Positions 1-13,000 of a stretch of DNA of 64,000 nt are shown here, in pieces (position 1 is the stretch's first letter; every line of letters begins with the position of its first letter). The notes below the pieces were generated by a model. It was not told the origin of the DNA and ran no database searches. It saw only the letters and a list, made by a program, of their open reading frames with translations. Origin of the DNA: Histomonas meleagridis 2922-C6/04-290x (Eukaryota; Protista; Parabasalia). The DNA lies in assembly GCA_020184695.1 (NCBI GenBank), contig JAANOX010000248.1, forward strand, positions 186,001-250,000. The letters run 5' to 3'. The position numbers were made by a program, and so were the translations under genes.

Positions 1-137
1 AAGATCATTAATAAAAAATATTCAACTTCTCAATTTTGAAAAGTGACAGTATCTCATAGTTATCGACTTTTTGAATCCCAAGATTTTCAATACTCTCAAT
101 TTCGGGTTTTGGGACACCCTTAGGCGTTTACATTGAT

Positions 138-2682
138 ATGACTGAGCCTTGTTCATCCTGCTTGAAATTCCTAATTGAGCTTGAGAAAAATATATTCAGT
201 TTAACAGAAGAAAACTTCAAGGCGTCCTCTAAAAAAGTATTGGAATTATTCGATTCAAACTATCCTTGTACATTTAATACTATTATAAGTAACATCGTTT
301 TTAATGCATTTTCATCACAAAAACAAGCATTTGATATTTCCATAAATTTTTTAAAAACACTTCAAACGAAAGAAGAAGAAATTAATCAAAATATAGTTAA
401 ATTAATGTCAATTTTTATCAAACGTATATCCAAAATTAACACACAAGAATCATATTATTTAATCGAGAAATTAATTGAACAAAATTTGGTTGATAAAAGT
501 ATTACCAAAAATATTCATTCAAAATATTTTGCTCATTATAAAACAGAAGAAGAAAACCAAAACAAAAATCATTCAGAATTTGAGTATGATAGAAATGATC
601 AAATAGAAAAATACTTTTTGGATAATTACAAAAAACTTTCAAAGAACAATTGGGAACTTCATAAGAAGTATGTTAAAGAAGGAGTTAATCCGAACGAAAT
701 AGCAAAAGTAATTCGATATGATGACATAGAAAACCTTCAAGAAATATCATCGCAAACAAATTTTGATTTTAACCAAACAATCGAACCATCACTTTATGAA
801 AGGTGTTCATTTATTAATCAAGAAAATGTTACATTAATTGATTATGCCGCATTCTTTGGATCAGTTAAATGTTTTAAATATTTACTTGTGAATAATGCAA
901 AAGTAGAAAACACAGGTAAATATGCAGTTGCAGGTAGAAATGAAGAAATCATTCATTTATGTGAACAATATCATTCATCATTTGAAGGTGCATATGAAAC
1001 AGCAATTGAATTTCATCAAAATGATATTTTTTATTATATTTATGAAAATAAATTAGAAAAAATACAATCAATGCCGAAAATGGATGAAGATAAAACAAAT
1101 GATTTGTTAAGTCTTTGTATTAAAAAAGATAATTATGAAATTTTAACATTTTTGGAAGAAAAAGGAATGAATTTTAATGTTGATAATATAAATGAAACAG
1201 CAATGAATGGAAATTTATATCTCGTTAAATATTTCCTTCAAAATAATCAAATACCAAAAAACATTTTGCATTTTGCTTCAGAATCAGGAAATGTTGAACT
1301 TGTGAAATATGTTGTGGAACAAAAAGGAATAGATGTTAATACAAAAACTATTCATTTGAATAATTTATAATATGTTTTAATAATTTGAAACAGCACTTCA
1401 TATAGCAGTTAGAAATAATAATATAGAAATAGTAAAATTACTTTTAGATAAAGGAATTGATGTTAATGCAAAAACTATTTATTTGAATAATTTAGAATAT
1501 GTTTTAATAATTTGAAATATGTTATAATAATTTGAAACAGCACTTCATATAGCAGTTAGAAATAATAATATCGAAATAGTAAAATTACTTTTAGATAAAG
1601 GAATTGATGTAAATGCAGAAAATATTTGTTTGAATAATTTTTTATATGTTTTAATAATTTGGAATATATTTTAATAATTTAAAATATGTTTTAATAATTT
1701 AATATATATTTTGATAATTTAGAATATGTTTTAATAATTTGAAACAGCACTTCATATAGCAGTTAGAAATAATAATATCGAAATCGTAAAATTACTTTTA
1801 GATAAAGAAGGAATTGATGTTAATGCAGAAACTATTTATTTGAATAATTTAGAATATGTTTTAATAATTTGAAATATGTTTTAATAATTTGGAACATGTT
1901 TTAATAATTTGAAACAGCACTTCATATAGCAGTTAAAAATAATAATATCGAAATCGTAAAATTACTTTTAGATAAAGAAGGAATTGATGTTAATGCAAAA
2001 AATATTCATTTGAATAATTTTGGATATGTTTTAATAATTTGGAACATGTTTTAATAATTTGAAACAGCACTTCATATAGCAGTTAGAAATAATAATATAG
2101 AAATAGTAAAATTACTTTTATATAAAGAAGGAATTGATGTTAATGCAAAAAATATTCATTTGAATAATTTTGGATATGTTTTAATAATTTGGAATATGTT
2201 TTAATAATTTTATATATGTTTTAATAATTTGAAACAGCACTTCATATAGCAGTTAAAAATAATAATATCGAAATCGTAAAATTACTTTTAGATAAAGAAG
2301 GAATTGATGTTAATGCAAAAAATATTCATTTGAATAATTTGGAATATGTTTTAATAATTTTATATATGTTTTAATAATTTTATATATGTTTTAATAATTT
2401 TATATATGTTTTAATAATTTAATATATATTTTGATAATTTAGAATATGTTATAATAATTTGAAACAGCACTTCATATAGCAGTTAAAAATAATAATATCG
2501 AAATCGTAAAATTACTTTTAGATAAAGAAGGAATTGATGTTAATGCAAAATATATTCATTTGAATAATTTGGAATATGTTTTAATATTTTAGAATATACA
2601 TTAATAATATTTGACTGCAATTCAAATTGCACGACAAGAAGGTTACACAGAAATAGTAAATTTACTTCGTGAAAAATTATAA
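138..2682 (+). CDS. Segmented DUF3447/ankyrin-repeat gene (locus A): continuous ORF 138-1370, then 8 ankyrin units separated by non-coding spacers
   Basis: ORF has trichomonad DUF3447-type motifs (IRYDDIENLQ, FDFNQTIEPSLYERCSF, LIDYAAFFGSVKCFKYLL). Units ETALHIAV(R/K)NNNIEIVKLLLDK(E)GIDVNA start at 1387, 1534, 1741, 1911, 2061, 2231, 2461; terminal unit LTAIQIARQEGYTEIVNLLREKL* at 2611-2682. The extent beyond 1370 assumes spacer removal. Confidence 0.8.
1350..2610 (+). repeat. Nested tandem repeat: 90/93-bp ankyrin unit alternating with arrays of a 20-bp minisatellite (consensus about GGAATATGTTTTAATAATTT)
   Basis: Direct reading. Spacer lengths 37, 57, 117, 77, 57, 77, 137, 57 nt all equal 17+20n. 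Confidence 0.95.
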
Positions 2683-3040
2683 TTCAGAGTCTTCTTCTAT
2701 ATACATCAAATCTTCATTTTCAATAAGAAATGGAAATGAAGCATGTTTTAATAATAATTAAAATCAACTCGAATAGCAAATGTTTACAGAAAACAATCGA
2801 AAGAAAAGCACCTAAAACAATAAGTATCTGTTAATGCTGAAAGAAGAAAATGTTTATAATGAAAATCTCCATGGTCCGTATTCAGATTGTACGACTAAAT
2901 GAAGTATATTCATCACTTTTTTTTAAAAAATCGCTCATAAAGTGAATTAAAATTATTTTATATTTCGAAAAAATTAATTTTTGTAAAAATAGCAACAAAA
3001 TAATGCTAGAAGACATGCATTTATTTTGAGCAATGAATCA

Positions 3041-5600
3041 TTATGAAATTGAACATGACACATTCGGTTCAGGAGGAATCACATTTGGGTTTATTTTTTC
3101 TCCCTTTTTTTCTTCCTCTTGTTGTCTTGTTCTTTCTTCATTTTCTTGTTGTCTTGTTCTTTCTTCATTTTCTTGTTGTCTTGTTCTTTCTTCCTCTTGT
3201 TGTCTTGTTCTTTCTTCCTCTTGTTGTCTTGTTCTTTCTTCCTCTTGTTGTCTTGTTCTTTCTTCATTTTCTTGTTGTCTTGTTCTTTCTTCATTTTCTT
3301 GTTGTCTTCTTCTTTCTTCATTTTCTTGTTGTCTTGTTCTTTCTTCCTCTTGTTGTCTTGTTCTTTCTTCCTCTTGTTGTCTTGTTCTTTCTTCATTTTC
3401 TTGTTGTCTTGTTCTTTCTTCATTTTCTTGTTGTCTTGTTCTTTCTTCATTTTCTTGTTGTCTTCTTCTTTCTTCATTTTCTTGTTGTCTTGTTCTTTCT
3501 TCCTCTTGTTGTCTTGTTCTTTCTTCCTCTTGTTGTCTTGTTCTTTCTTCATTTTCTTGTTGTCTTGTTCTTTCTTCATTTTCTTGTTGTCTTGTTCTTT
3601 CTTCATTTTCTTGTTGTCTTGTTCTTTCTTCATTTTCTTGTTGTCTTGTTCTTTCTTCCTCTTGTTGTCTTGTTCTTTCTTCCTCTTGTTGTCTTGTTCT
3701 TTCTTCATTTTCTTGTTGTCTTCTTCTTTCTTCCTCCTCATTGATAGCATCTTCATCATCTGATCCGTATTCTTCTTCTTTTTCTTCTTCCAAACGTTTT
3801 ATTTCATTTTCTAAATGTTTCTTTTTATTTACATATTCGTATGGTTCCTTATTTTGATTGTTTTTAATCCAATCTTTCATTTCACTAATTTTCATTTTAA
3901 TTTTATCTTTTTTATTATTTGATAAATTCTTATTCCTTAATTCAATTAAACATTCATTACAAAACCCATTAAATTCATCCATTGCTTTGAGTCTTTGTTT
4001 ATCCATTTCCTTTTTTTGTTGATATTCTATTTCAATTTTTCGTAACCTTTCTCTTTCATTTTCGGACAATCTTCCAGAGTTATTGTTAATTTTAATACTT
4101 CTCATACAACCTGATCTTATGTCTAACGCAGATACATATAATATTCCGTTTTCATTGATCGAAAACTTTACGTCAATGAATCTCTTTTCGTCTTTTTTCG
4201 CGAGTGCTACTGGTAAAATAATATCTCCGAGGTAATGATTCTCATTTAAATTCTCACTTTCACCTTCATAAACTTCGATTCTAACTTCTTGGTCATAATC
4301 ATTTTGCGGCTCATACTGCTTCTTATTTTCTGTTGGGATTTTTGTATTTTTTTTAAGAATTTCACTAAATTTACCATTCACATTTACTACAAGTGTAAGA
4401 GGTATAACATCATCAACAGAAATATCTTTTAAACTTTGTTCCCCTTTAATAATAGCAGCTTGGATCGCTGCGCCAGTTGCTACTGCTGTTCTTGGGTCAA
4501 TGTTTTTCCGGATTTTTCCAGGAAACATTTCTTCAAGTTTTTCTTGAATATATTTAATCGATGAAGAACCACCAATAAGTACAACATCAGTAACTTGCGA
4601 TTTTGGCATTTGAGCATCAATTAAAACTTTATTAACTCTATCAAATGTCGAATCAAAAAGATCTCGACATATCTCCACAAATTTTGTTCGCTTGATTTCT
4701 TTAAGAATTCCATGCCCTGGAAATAATCCGGAGGTATTTAATGTAGCTGTAATTTTAGATGATAATGTTGTTTTTACTACCTCACATTTGTTTTTTAATG
4801 TACTTAATGTGCGAGGTGAATTTCGTGGATCAATTCCATAGAATTTTATGATTTTCTTCGAAAAATAATCAACAAGTCGATTATCAAAATCTTGTCCACC
4901 TAAATGAGTATTACAGGCTGTGACAAGAACTTTGAATTTCCCACCTTCTACTTCAAGTAATGAAACATCGAATGTACCACCTCCAAGATCATATATTAAG
5001 ATATAACGTCTTTCACTAAATCTCTTCTTATAACCATATGCATAGCTGCGGCTGTTGGTTCATTAATAATACGTAAAACATTTAGACCTGCAATAGTTGC
5101 AGCATCTTTGGTGGCTTGTCGTTAGCCATCATTAAAATATGCTGGAACTGTAACAACAGCATCTTTTATCTTGAACTCAATCTGACCTTCCGAAATTTCC
5201 TGAATACGTCTAAAATCTTGGATGAGATTTGTTCAGGATATAATTGTTTGATTTCATCATTAACTTGAACTTGAATCAATGGTAAACCTGTTTTATCTTT
5301 GACTACTTTGAAAGGCCACTTTGGAATATCTTTTTTTATCTCTTCAAAACTACGGCCTAGCATACGTTTGGAATCATAAATAGTATTGGCTGCATCTTCA
5401 GAAATCCCATTGGCTGCCTCTTCGCCAACAATTATATTATCACCATCAAATCTAACGATGGATGGTATTTACTCTTTGCCAATAAAGTTCAAAAGATAAT
5501 CAATTTCTCCTTGGATATAAACAGCACCACATGTAAATGTTGTGCCAAGATCTATTCCAAGAGCAAGTTTCGAAAAATCGATTTGTTTTCGTTTCCTCGT
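3041..5600 (-). pseudogene. Cytosolic-type Hsp70 homolog, disrupted in its 5' part, with a repetitive charged C-terminal tail
   Basis: Minus strand reads [73 protein letters not shown]. In-frame TAA at 5122-5124 and 5469-5471, plus frameshifts near 5040 and 5435. No clear start ATG. Frame open from about 5040 to 3041. Confidence 0.85.
3112..3737 (-). repeat. Tandem 24/27-bp repeat encoding QQE(N)EERTR, about 24 copies
   Basis: Visible TCTTGTTGTCTTGTTCTTTCTTC(A/C)T.. units; explains the overlapping repetitive ORFs in other frames. Confidence 0.95.
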
Positions 5601-5719
5601 TTTGGGTGGTAAAAAATGCCACCTTTCTCTCCCCAGCACAAATTATTTTGACTTGCTTTGTTAAAAATTACAGCTGTAATAAACCTCAGAATACGAAAAA
5701 TTACTTTAAACATTTATAA

Positions 5720-7803
5720 ATGTGTTTCCAATTTTTAAGCAATATACAAAAAACAATTAGGGAGTTAAAAGAAGAAAATATTGATGAATCGATTGAAATA
5801 GTCAAAGCATTATATGATTCAAATTTCCCAAATTCTTTTTATATAATTTTAGCTCAAACAATTTTTTCAGTGATAATATCACATATAAATAACATTGATT
5901 TATATTTTCAATTTCTGAATGAAATCCAAAATATAAATGATCATTTTAATGATATTTTTATTCAATATCTTCTTCATTTAGATTCTCAAGAATCTAAATA
6001 TTTAATTGAAATGATGATTAATTTAAATCTTGCTGACATTGATCTTGTTCAAACTAAAAAGTCCCTTTATTTCGCACATTATAAAACGAATGTTGATATT
6101 GATAGGCTAATGCATAACCAGAATATTCCATTTGTTGAAACATTTAAAGACAATATTAAAAAACTTTCAAAAAATGATTGGGAACTTCACAAACGATTAA
6201 TTAAAGAAGGAATTAACTCAGATGAAATATCAAAAATAATTCGAAATGATGAAATAGGAAATCTTTTAGAAATATCATCGCAAACAAATTTTAATTTTAA
6301 TCAGACAATCGAACCATCACTTTATGAAAGATGTTCATTTGTTAATCAATATAATGTTAGATTAATTGATTATGCAGCATTCTTTGGATCAATTAAGTGT
6401 TTTAAATATTTACTTATGAATGGAGCTTATATAATTTTAACAGGTAAATATGCAGTTGCAGGCGGAAATTTAGAGATAATTCATTTATGCGAACATAATC
6501 ATTCATCATTTGAAGGTGCATATGAAGTTGCAATTGAATTCCATCGAAATGATATATTTTATTATCTTTATGAAATTGATATTATTAAATATATAAATTT
6601 AGAAGATTTAGCAAAGAATTGTATTTTATATAATAATTATGAAATTTTTCTGTTTTTAGAAGAAAAAGGTTTAAATGTTGAAGATGAATTAATCATTGAA
6701 GTAATAGAAAGTGGTAATTTATATCTTTTAAAGCATTTACTTGAAAAAAATGAATTGCCAAAAGAAATTTTAGTTTCAGCTATAAAATCAAGAAATATTG
6801 AAATTGTTCAATATGTTATTGATCTAAATGGGTTTTATAATGGAGATAAATATATATTTTTTATTATATTTAAGATTTGTTTTAAATAATTAATTTTTCA
6901 ATTTTTTAAATGGAATTTAATATTATTATTTAATACGCCATTTTTAATTGCTTGTAAACAAGGTTCCGTTGAAATTGCAAAATTGCTTCTTAAAAAAAAG
7001 TATAGTAAAATAGGTGAGAAAAATATTTCTAGAATGAATTTAATATAAATTTTTAATTTTTCGTGTTTAAAATATATATTATTTGCTAATGGACTTTATT
7101 TAGCATCAAAATATGGTCATATTAAAATGATTAAATTCCTTCTTAGGCATAAAATTGAAATTGCACTTAATTTCTATATAATCTTTTCAAAGATAATTTT
7201 TATTTTTTGATATTCATATTTTATTTTTCATGATTATTTTTCATGTTTTTTTCACCTCTTATGATTGCAATATTTTATGGTCATATAAAAGTTATAAAAA
7301 TATTACTCAAAGAAGGAATTTATATAAATGCTATTGAATTTTATTTAAAAAATTGTATGATTTAATCTAATTTTAACATATAGAAGACCACATCGTCATT
7401 ATATCCTTGCACCATTATTTCTTGCAACTGAAAATAATAATGCAAAAATAGTCAAATTACTTCTCAAGCAGAAAGGAATTGATGTTAATATTAAAAATTT
7501 TTATTTGTTTTATTTAATATTTATTTTAATAATTTGAAATTTCAAAATATTATTTGGAAATGATTTGAATAATATAAAACAGCACTTATGATAGCATCTG
7601 AAAAAGGTTACACAGAAATAGTTAAATTACTTCTTGAACATGAAGGAATTGATATTAATGCTAAAAATATTTATTTGTTTTATATAAAATTTATTTTTCA
7701 AAATAATATTTGGAAATTATTTAAATTATTTGACACAGCATTTACATTCGCATCTAAAAATGGTCATGAGGAAATAATTCAATTATTTCTTGAGCACAAA
7801 TAA
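5720..7803 (+). CDS. Segmented DUF3447/ankyrin gene (locus B): ORF 5720-6889 plus 6 spacer-separated ankyrin units
   Basis: DUF3447 motifs in ORF. Units NTPFLIAC.., ANGLYLAS.., SPLMIAI.., APLFLAT.., KTALMIAS.., DTAFTFAS..EHK* ending at 7803. Confidence 0.75.
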
Positions 7804-8545
7804 AAAGAAATTGATATTTAAGACATATTTATCATGAATATGACAGCAAGTGATTGATAGAATAACACCATGAAAAATAAATAGTGATATAATCTGATTT
7901 AAAATCTTTATGCCACCGGAAGCCACTTTTTTGATTATAATCGGTTTACTTAAATTTCCGAGTCACCAAGAAAAATACAAAGCAAGTAACCAGATTAGGA
8001 ATGAAAATCTTTGCATTTAATGCAAATATCCAGGCATAAATAAGTAAAGAAAAAATTTAATTTTGCTCTATCGTCAATTGCTTTTTTTAGAGATTATTTT
8101 GAAATATTTCAGCTTTAAAAGTCTCAAACAAAAACATCCAAAAAATTGTTTAACCAAAGGTAAGTTAGTTCAGTAATATTAAATTTTATTATAATGAGTT
8201 TCAATTTGAAATTTAAATCAAACTTGAATATATTTCTTTTTTCAAATTTTATAAAAAAAATGAATGAACTAGACAAACTTTTCCGTTTTATATATCCTTA
8301 TATTAATTAAATATATTACAGAAGAAATGTGTTACATGTCAATTATCGGCATTTTATTTTTATAGTTTTTTAAATGAACACATAGAAAAGATAAATTAAA
8401 CCTCTAAAATTCACAGTAAAACCTCCTTTATCATCCTGACTTTGACTAAAGTAACGTTTCTTTTTACTACAAATCTGGCTTTTTTAAGGGTAAATCAAGG
8501 GTAAATTTGAGAGCTATCATTTGATTCAAAAAAAGCAGTTTTAAT

Positions 8546-9850
8546 ATGTTGAGCGCTGTTGCAGTTGTCAGTCGCACAGGAGAAGTTATTGCAATGCGTG
8601 TGTACAGGAAGGACTTTGATGTGACAGCATTCGATAATTACCGCATTGGAGTCATTGCAGCAAAAGAAATTACATCACCAGCAATTCTTGTTGACGGAAC
8701 TTCATTTCTTCATTATTTAGAAAACGAAATTTACTACGTTGGTGCCACAAGAAAGAATGCTAATGCAGGCGTTATTTTCGAATTTCTTTCAAAACTCCCA
8801 TCAATTTTCCAATCTGTTCTTGGCATAAAAGAACCTTTGGATATCGGCTTATGCAAGAAACATTCTCCTGAAATTATTGAGCTTCTTGATGAAATGGTTG
8901 ACTCCGGATATCCACAAAGTACTGATCCAGAAGCCCTTAGACTTCTCACACAACGATCCCCAGCTAGCAAAGCCTCATCTAAACTTGATAGCCAGGTCAC
9001 AATCATGACCACGGGTGCCATTTCATGGCGTGCACAAAATATCAAATATAAGCATAACGAAGTTTTCGTCGATATCATCGAAAAAGTATCTGTCCTTGTT
9101 TCTCCATCTGGAAAGATTCTTGATGCTTCAGTTAATGGCAACATTGTTATGCGCGTATACTTATCCGGTATGCCAGAATGTAAGATAGGATTTAATGACA
9201 AAGTAACAATTGAATCAGAAGGAAGACGTGGCCAAGAAACAAACAGAGTTGGTAACACAATCGAAGTTGATGATATGGTATTTCATCAATGTGTCAAACT
9301 TACCAACTTTGCTAATGATCGAGCAATTTCCTTCACTCCACCTGACGGAGAGTTCGAACTTATGAGATATCGTAAGACTGAAAACATCGGAATTCCATTC
9401 ACAATAACTCCTATGATTCATGACCTTCCAGGAAACAAGATTGAAATCCGTGTCAATGTCCGTGCAACATATGATATGAAACTTAGCGCAACACCACTCA
9501 TACTTTCAATTCCATTACCAGATAATACATCAAATGTCAAAATCTCATCAACAACAGGACGCGGTAAATATGTTTCTAGTCAGAATGCTGTTGCTTGGAA
9601 GATCACTAACTTCCCTGGTGGAACACAAGCAGATATAAGTATTATTGTATCTTGTCTTGCTGCTACTTCTAAGTCATCTCCTGCGACAAAGATTCAATTG
9701 CCAATTTCTGCCAACTTTAACCTTGCGATGTTTTCTGCTTCAGGTTTAGCATTAAGGTATTTAACAGTTGTAGAAAGATCTGGCTACACACCACAAAAAT
9801 GGTTAAGATACACAACCAAAGCAGGTAAGTATGAGGTTCGTATGGTCTAA
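8546..9850 (+). CDS. AP2M1: Adaptor protein complex medium (mu) subunit, AP-2 mu-like
   Basis: Longin-like N-terminus (R.YR.D), SWR, NEVFVDIIE, LSGMPECKIGFND, FHQCV, ISFTPPDGEFELMRYR. Confidence 0.85.
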   Translation: MLSAVAVVSRTGEVIAMRVYRKDFDVTAFDNYRIGVIAAKEITSPAILVDGTSFLHYLENEIYYVGATRKNANAGVIFEFLSKLPSIFQSVLGIKEPLDIGLCKKHSPEIIELLDEMVDSGYPQSTDPEALRLLTQRSPASKASSKLDSQVTIMTTGAISWRAQNIKYKHNEVFVDIIEKVSVLVSPSGKILDASVNGNIVMRVYLSGMPECKIGFNDKVTIESEGRRGQETNRVGNTIEVDDMVFHQCVKLTNFANDRAISFTPPDGEFELMRYRKTENIGIPFTITPMIHDLPGNKIEIRVNVRATYDMKLSATPLILSIPLPDNTSNVKISSTTGRGKYVSSQNAVAWKITNFPGGTQADISIIVSCLAATSKSSPATKIQLPISANFNLAMFSASGLALRYLTVVERSGYTPQKWLRYTTKAGKYEVRMV

Positions 9851-10006
9851 AATATCAACTGCATGAAAAAAAAATTTTTTTTTGTTGCTGAGTTAACGTT
9901 CTCTTTGATTTGATGGTTTTCTATCGTTTTGCTTTCATTTTGTCGGGATTTCAATTCAAAATGCATTTTGTGATAAACCGCCGGAAACTTCTGAATCGTT
10001 GCTCCC

Positions 10007-10016
10007 TCACTTCACA
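10007..10016 (+). promoter_or_regulatory. Initiator (Inr) element upstream of Xrn1 ATG
   Basis: TCACTTCACA immediately before ATG 10018; matches the trichomonad Inr consensus TCAY. Confidence 0.6.
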
Positions 10017-10017
10017 T

Positions 10018-13000
10018 ATGGGCGTTCCAGGTTTTTATCGATGGCTTGTTCAAAGATACCCATTAGTATTTAGGAAAATGTCTGATCCATCGCGTCCTAG
10101 ATTTAATAATTCATATATTGATATGAATGGTATATTCTATAAAAGTTTAGAAGCTTCGCATCAAATTGATGATACAATGTCTAAAGAATTTATTGGAGAA
10201 GTGCTTAGATATTTAGACATGCTTGTTCAAATAACAAGGCCAACTGATACTTTATTTATTGCTGTAGATGGACCTGCTCCAATTGCAAAAGCAACACAAC
10301 AAAGACATAGAAGATATCTTGCAACTAAAAAGTATACAGGCCACTCATTTAAATCACCAAATTTCACACCAGGTACAGAATTTATGTATCAAATACATCT
10401 TGCTCTTGTTGATTTCATCAAAACAAAGACAAGAACAGATAGTGCGTGGATGCGCCCAAAGGTTATTTATAGCAGTTGTTTTGTTCCAGGTGAAGGTGAA
10501 CATAAGATTCTTGATTTTATTAGAATGAGAAGATCTCAACCTGATTGGAAACCAGATCAAACGCACGTCTTATACTCAACAGATGCAGATCTTATCTTCT
10601 TAGGACTTCAATCACATGAACCTAATTTTAGTCTTATTCGAGAATCAGATGCACCTTTTGTTCAAAAAGAAACAGAAAAATATCAGATGAAATCGGCAAA
10701 GATGAAATATGGCCTTGAATACTTTGACTTACTTCATATTTCAATGATTCGTGATTATTTATCAATTGATTTCAAAGTCACTGGAGAAGAACTTGAAAAG
10801 ACAATTGACGATTTTGTTGCTCTTTCTTTTCTTATTGGTAATGATTTCATTCCTGAGTTTCATAGCATTGAAATTCAGAAAGGTGGATTTAATATTATTG
10901 CTGATTGTTATAAAAAGCTTAAAGAAGAATCACCGACTGAGCATTTAGTTGTTGAAGGAACCTTTAATAAGAGTTTTCTTAAAAATCTGATCATAGCTGT
11001 ATCCCAACATCTGGAAGATTGTTTTATTGAAGCACATAAAGCCACCAAGTTAAATGAAGCTGAACGTCATTCATTATTTTCACAAACCAATGAGAAGTAT
11101 CTTCTTTCTAAATATCCCAAACGAAAAAATGACATCAAAAGTTTGATCGGCGACATGTCATATAAAACGCTCGAAGCATTTTATTGGGTTCTTCAATATT
11201 ATAATTCGGGGTGCCCGTCATGGCGATGGAAATATCCATATCTTTATACACCACCATTACCTATGATTATACCATACATTGATTCATTTGAGCCACATTT
11301 TGAAATCGGTCAACCACTTTCACCATTTCTTCAAGAGCTTTTAATCATTCCACCACATTTTGCATCATTATTACCGAGTCCACTTCAATCATTAATGTTT
11401 CCGCCCTCCAAAATCTCATGTTATTATCCGAAAGATTTTGATTTAGATTATAATGGTAAGAAATATGAATATCAAGCCGTTGTATTATTACCTGAAATTA
11501 ACGAAGATGAAGTTGAAGAAGAATATAATAAACTTTATGACGCATTATCACCAGAAGAATTAGAGCGAAACAAATTCATGAAAGCATTAGAGTTCTTTCA
11601 TGATGAAACAGAGCCAAAAGAAATTGATGTCATATCGAAAATCATTCAGCCAATAATATACACTAAACAAACGCCGCCATGTGTACCAACATTAAATAAC
11701 ATAAAGTTCGAAACGCGTACCGAAGTTGTTCCTGTTATCTGTTTCGAGTTTCCTTCTAAACGCGATTCGATTGTAATAAAACCATTAATAAATAGGAAAC
11801 CGCCAACAGATCTTCAGACACTATTAAATCAAAAGATATTATTCGATTGGCCTTATTTGAAGTTGGGCTTAATAATTGGCGTAATCGATAACAAAGGAAA
11901 TCAAATTCTAATCGAAGGAAAAGAAAAACATAAATTTTTGCCAAATTTCGAAGAACTACAAAAACAATTCCTGACAAAATATGCTTTGGATATTAATGAA
12001 GTTAATGTATTACTCGAGGTTTTGGTGTATCATTCATCAACTAACGACGAATCTTTGTTTACTTATTCATCGAGGTCAGTTTTCATTCCATTTCAATTAA
12101 CGTTAGAAGTAAACCAAACAAATGCAATTCAGAGGTTTACGGAAGATACGAATTCAGAAAATTTGAAGCCGAAAGTTGGAACAGAAATAATAATTTTGGG
12201 TGGTACTAATGATGGATCTAAAGGTATAATTACCAAAGTTAATAATGAGAATACATATGATGTTAAAATCAACAAAGTTTTACCAATTAAAATTAGAAAT
12301 ATTATAACTAATGATTCGAAAGAATGGGTTAGTGATGACATCATAACGAAATTGTTATCAATACCATTCCATGCATTACGTTCTATATTTACATCAATTT
12401 ATATATCTGATGAACATGTAAATATCGCAATCCAACTTTATACACGTAATAAGAAAAATGTTATCAAAGGATATTGTAAGTTCGAAGATAACACATTTTA
12501 TTATCATAAATCAATCATCGAGCTTCTTAAACAATACTTTAAGTTAAGTGGCAAATTGAAGGAACTTTTGTGTAAACCTGAGGAAAAGTCGAAACCTCAG
12601 AATCTTAAAGGAGTTTCATTTAAACTTGGAGAAATATTTGGTACGACCAGTAAAACGTATCAACTTGCCAAACTTAATGACTTGAAGCAATTTCTAAATG
12701 ATAATGCACCTGCATCAAAAAGTATATTATGTTCTGTCAAAGAAAAACATTTTTCATATTCGACTTTATTAAACATCGAAAAGACAATTATTAACTCACC
12801 GAAAATCATAAAAGAAATTGAACTAAATGATGTAAACGAAAGTAAAATGTTATGGCCTGGGAAACAATCGAACGAAAACAGAACAGTGACAATACCTCCA
12901 ATCGGAAGCAGAGTCATAGCAATCGCTTCTTCTGGATCAGTTCCGTTTGGCTCGAAGGGCGTCGTGGTCGGGATCTGTAAGGATGAAAGGGTCGAAGTGC

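Noticed and set aside
1387-2553. CRISPR-like alternation of identical repeats and variable spacers
   Set aside because: The repeats are 90-93-bp ankyrin coding units, the spacers are copies of one 20-mer rather than unique sequences, the genome is eukaryotic and there are no cas genes.
3033-3857. Long Cys/Leu/Phe-rich ORFs on + and a Lys-rich ORF on - over the Hsp70 tail
   Set aside because: Shadow frames of the stop-free 24/27-bp tandem repeat.
7669-7735. Precise deletion between short direct repeats (TTATTTG or AATAATTT) at spacer ends
   Set aside because: Collapsing the perfect repeats leaves the downstream unit one nucleotide out of frame in both locus A and locus B, so simple slippage deletion does not restore the protein.
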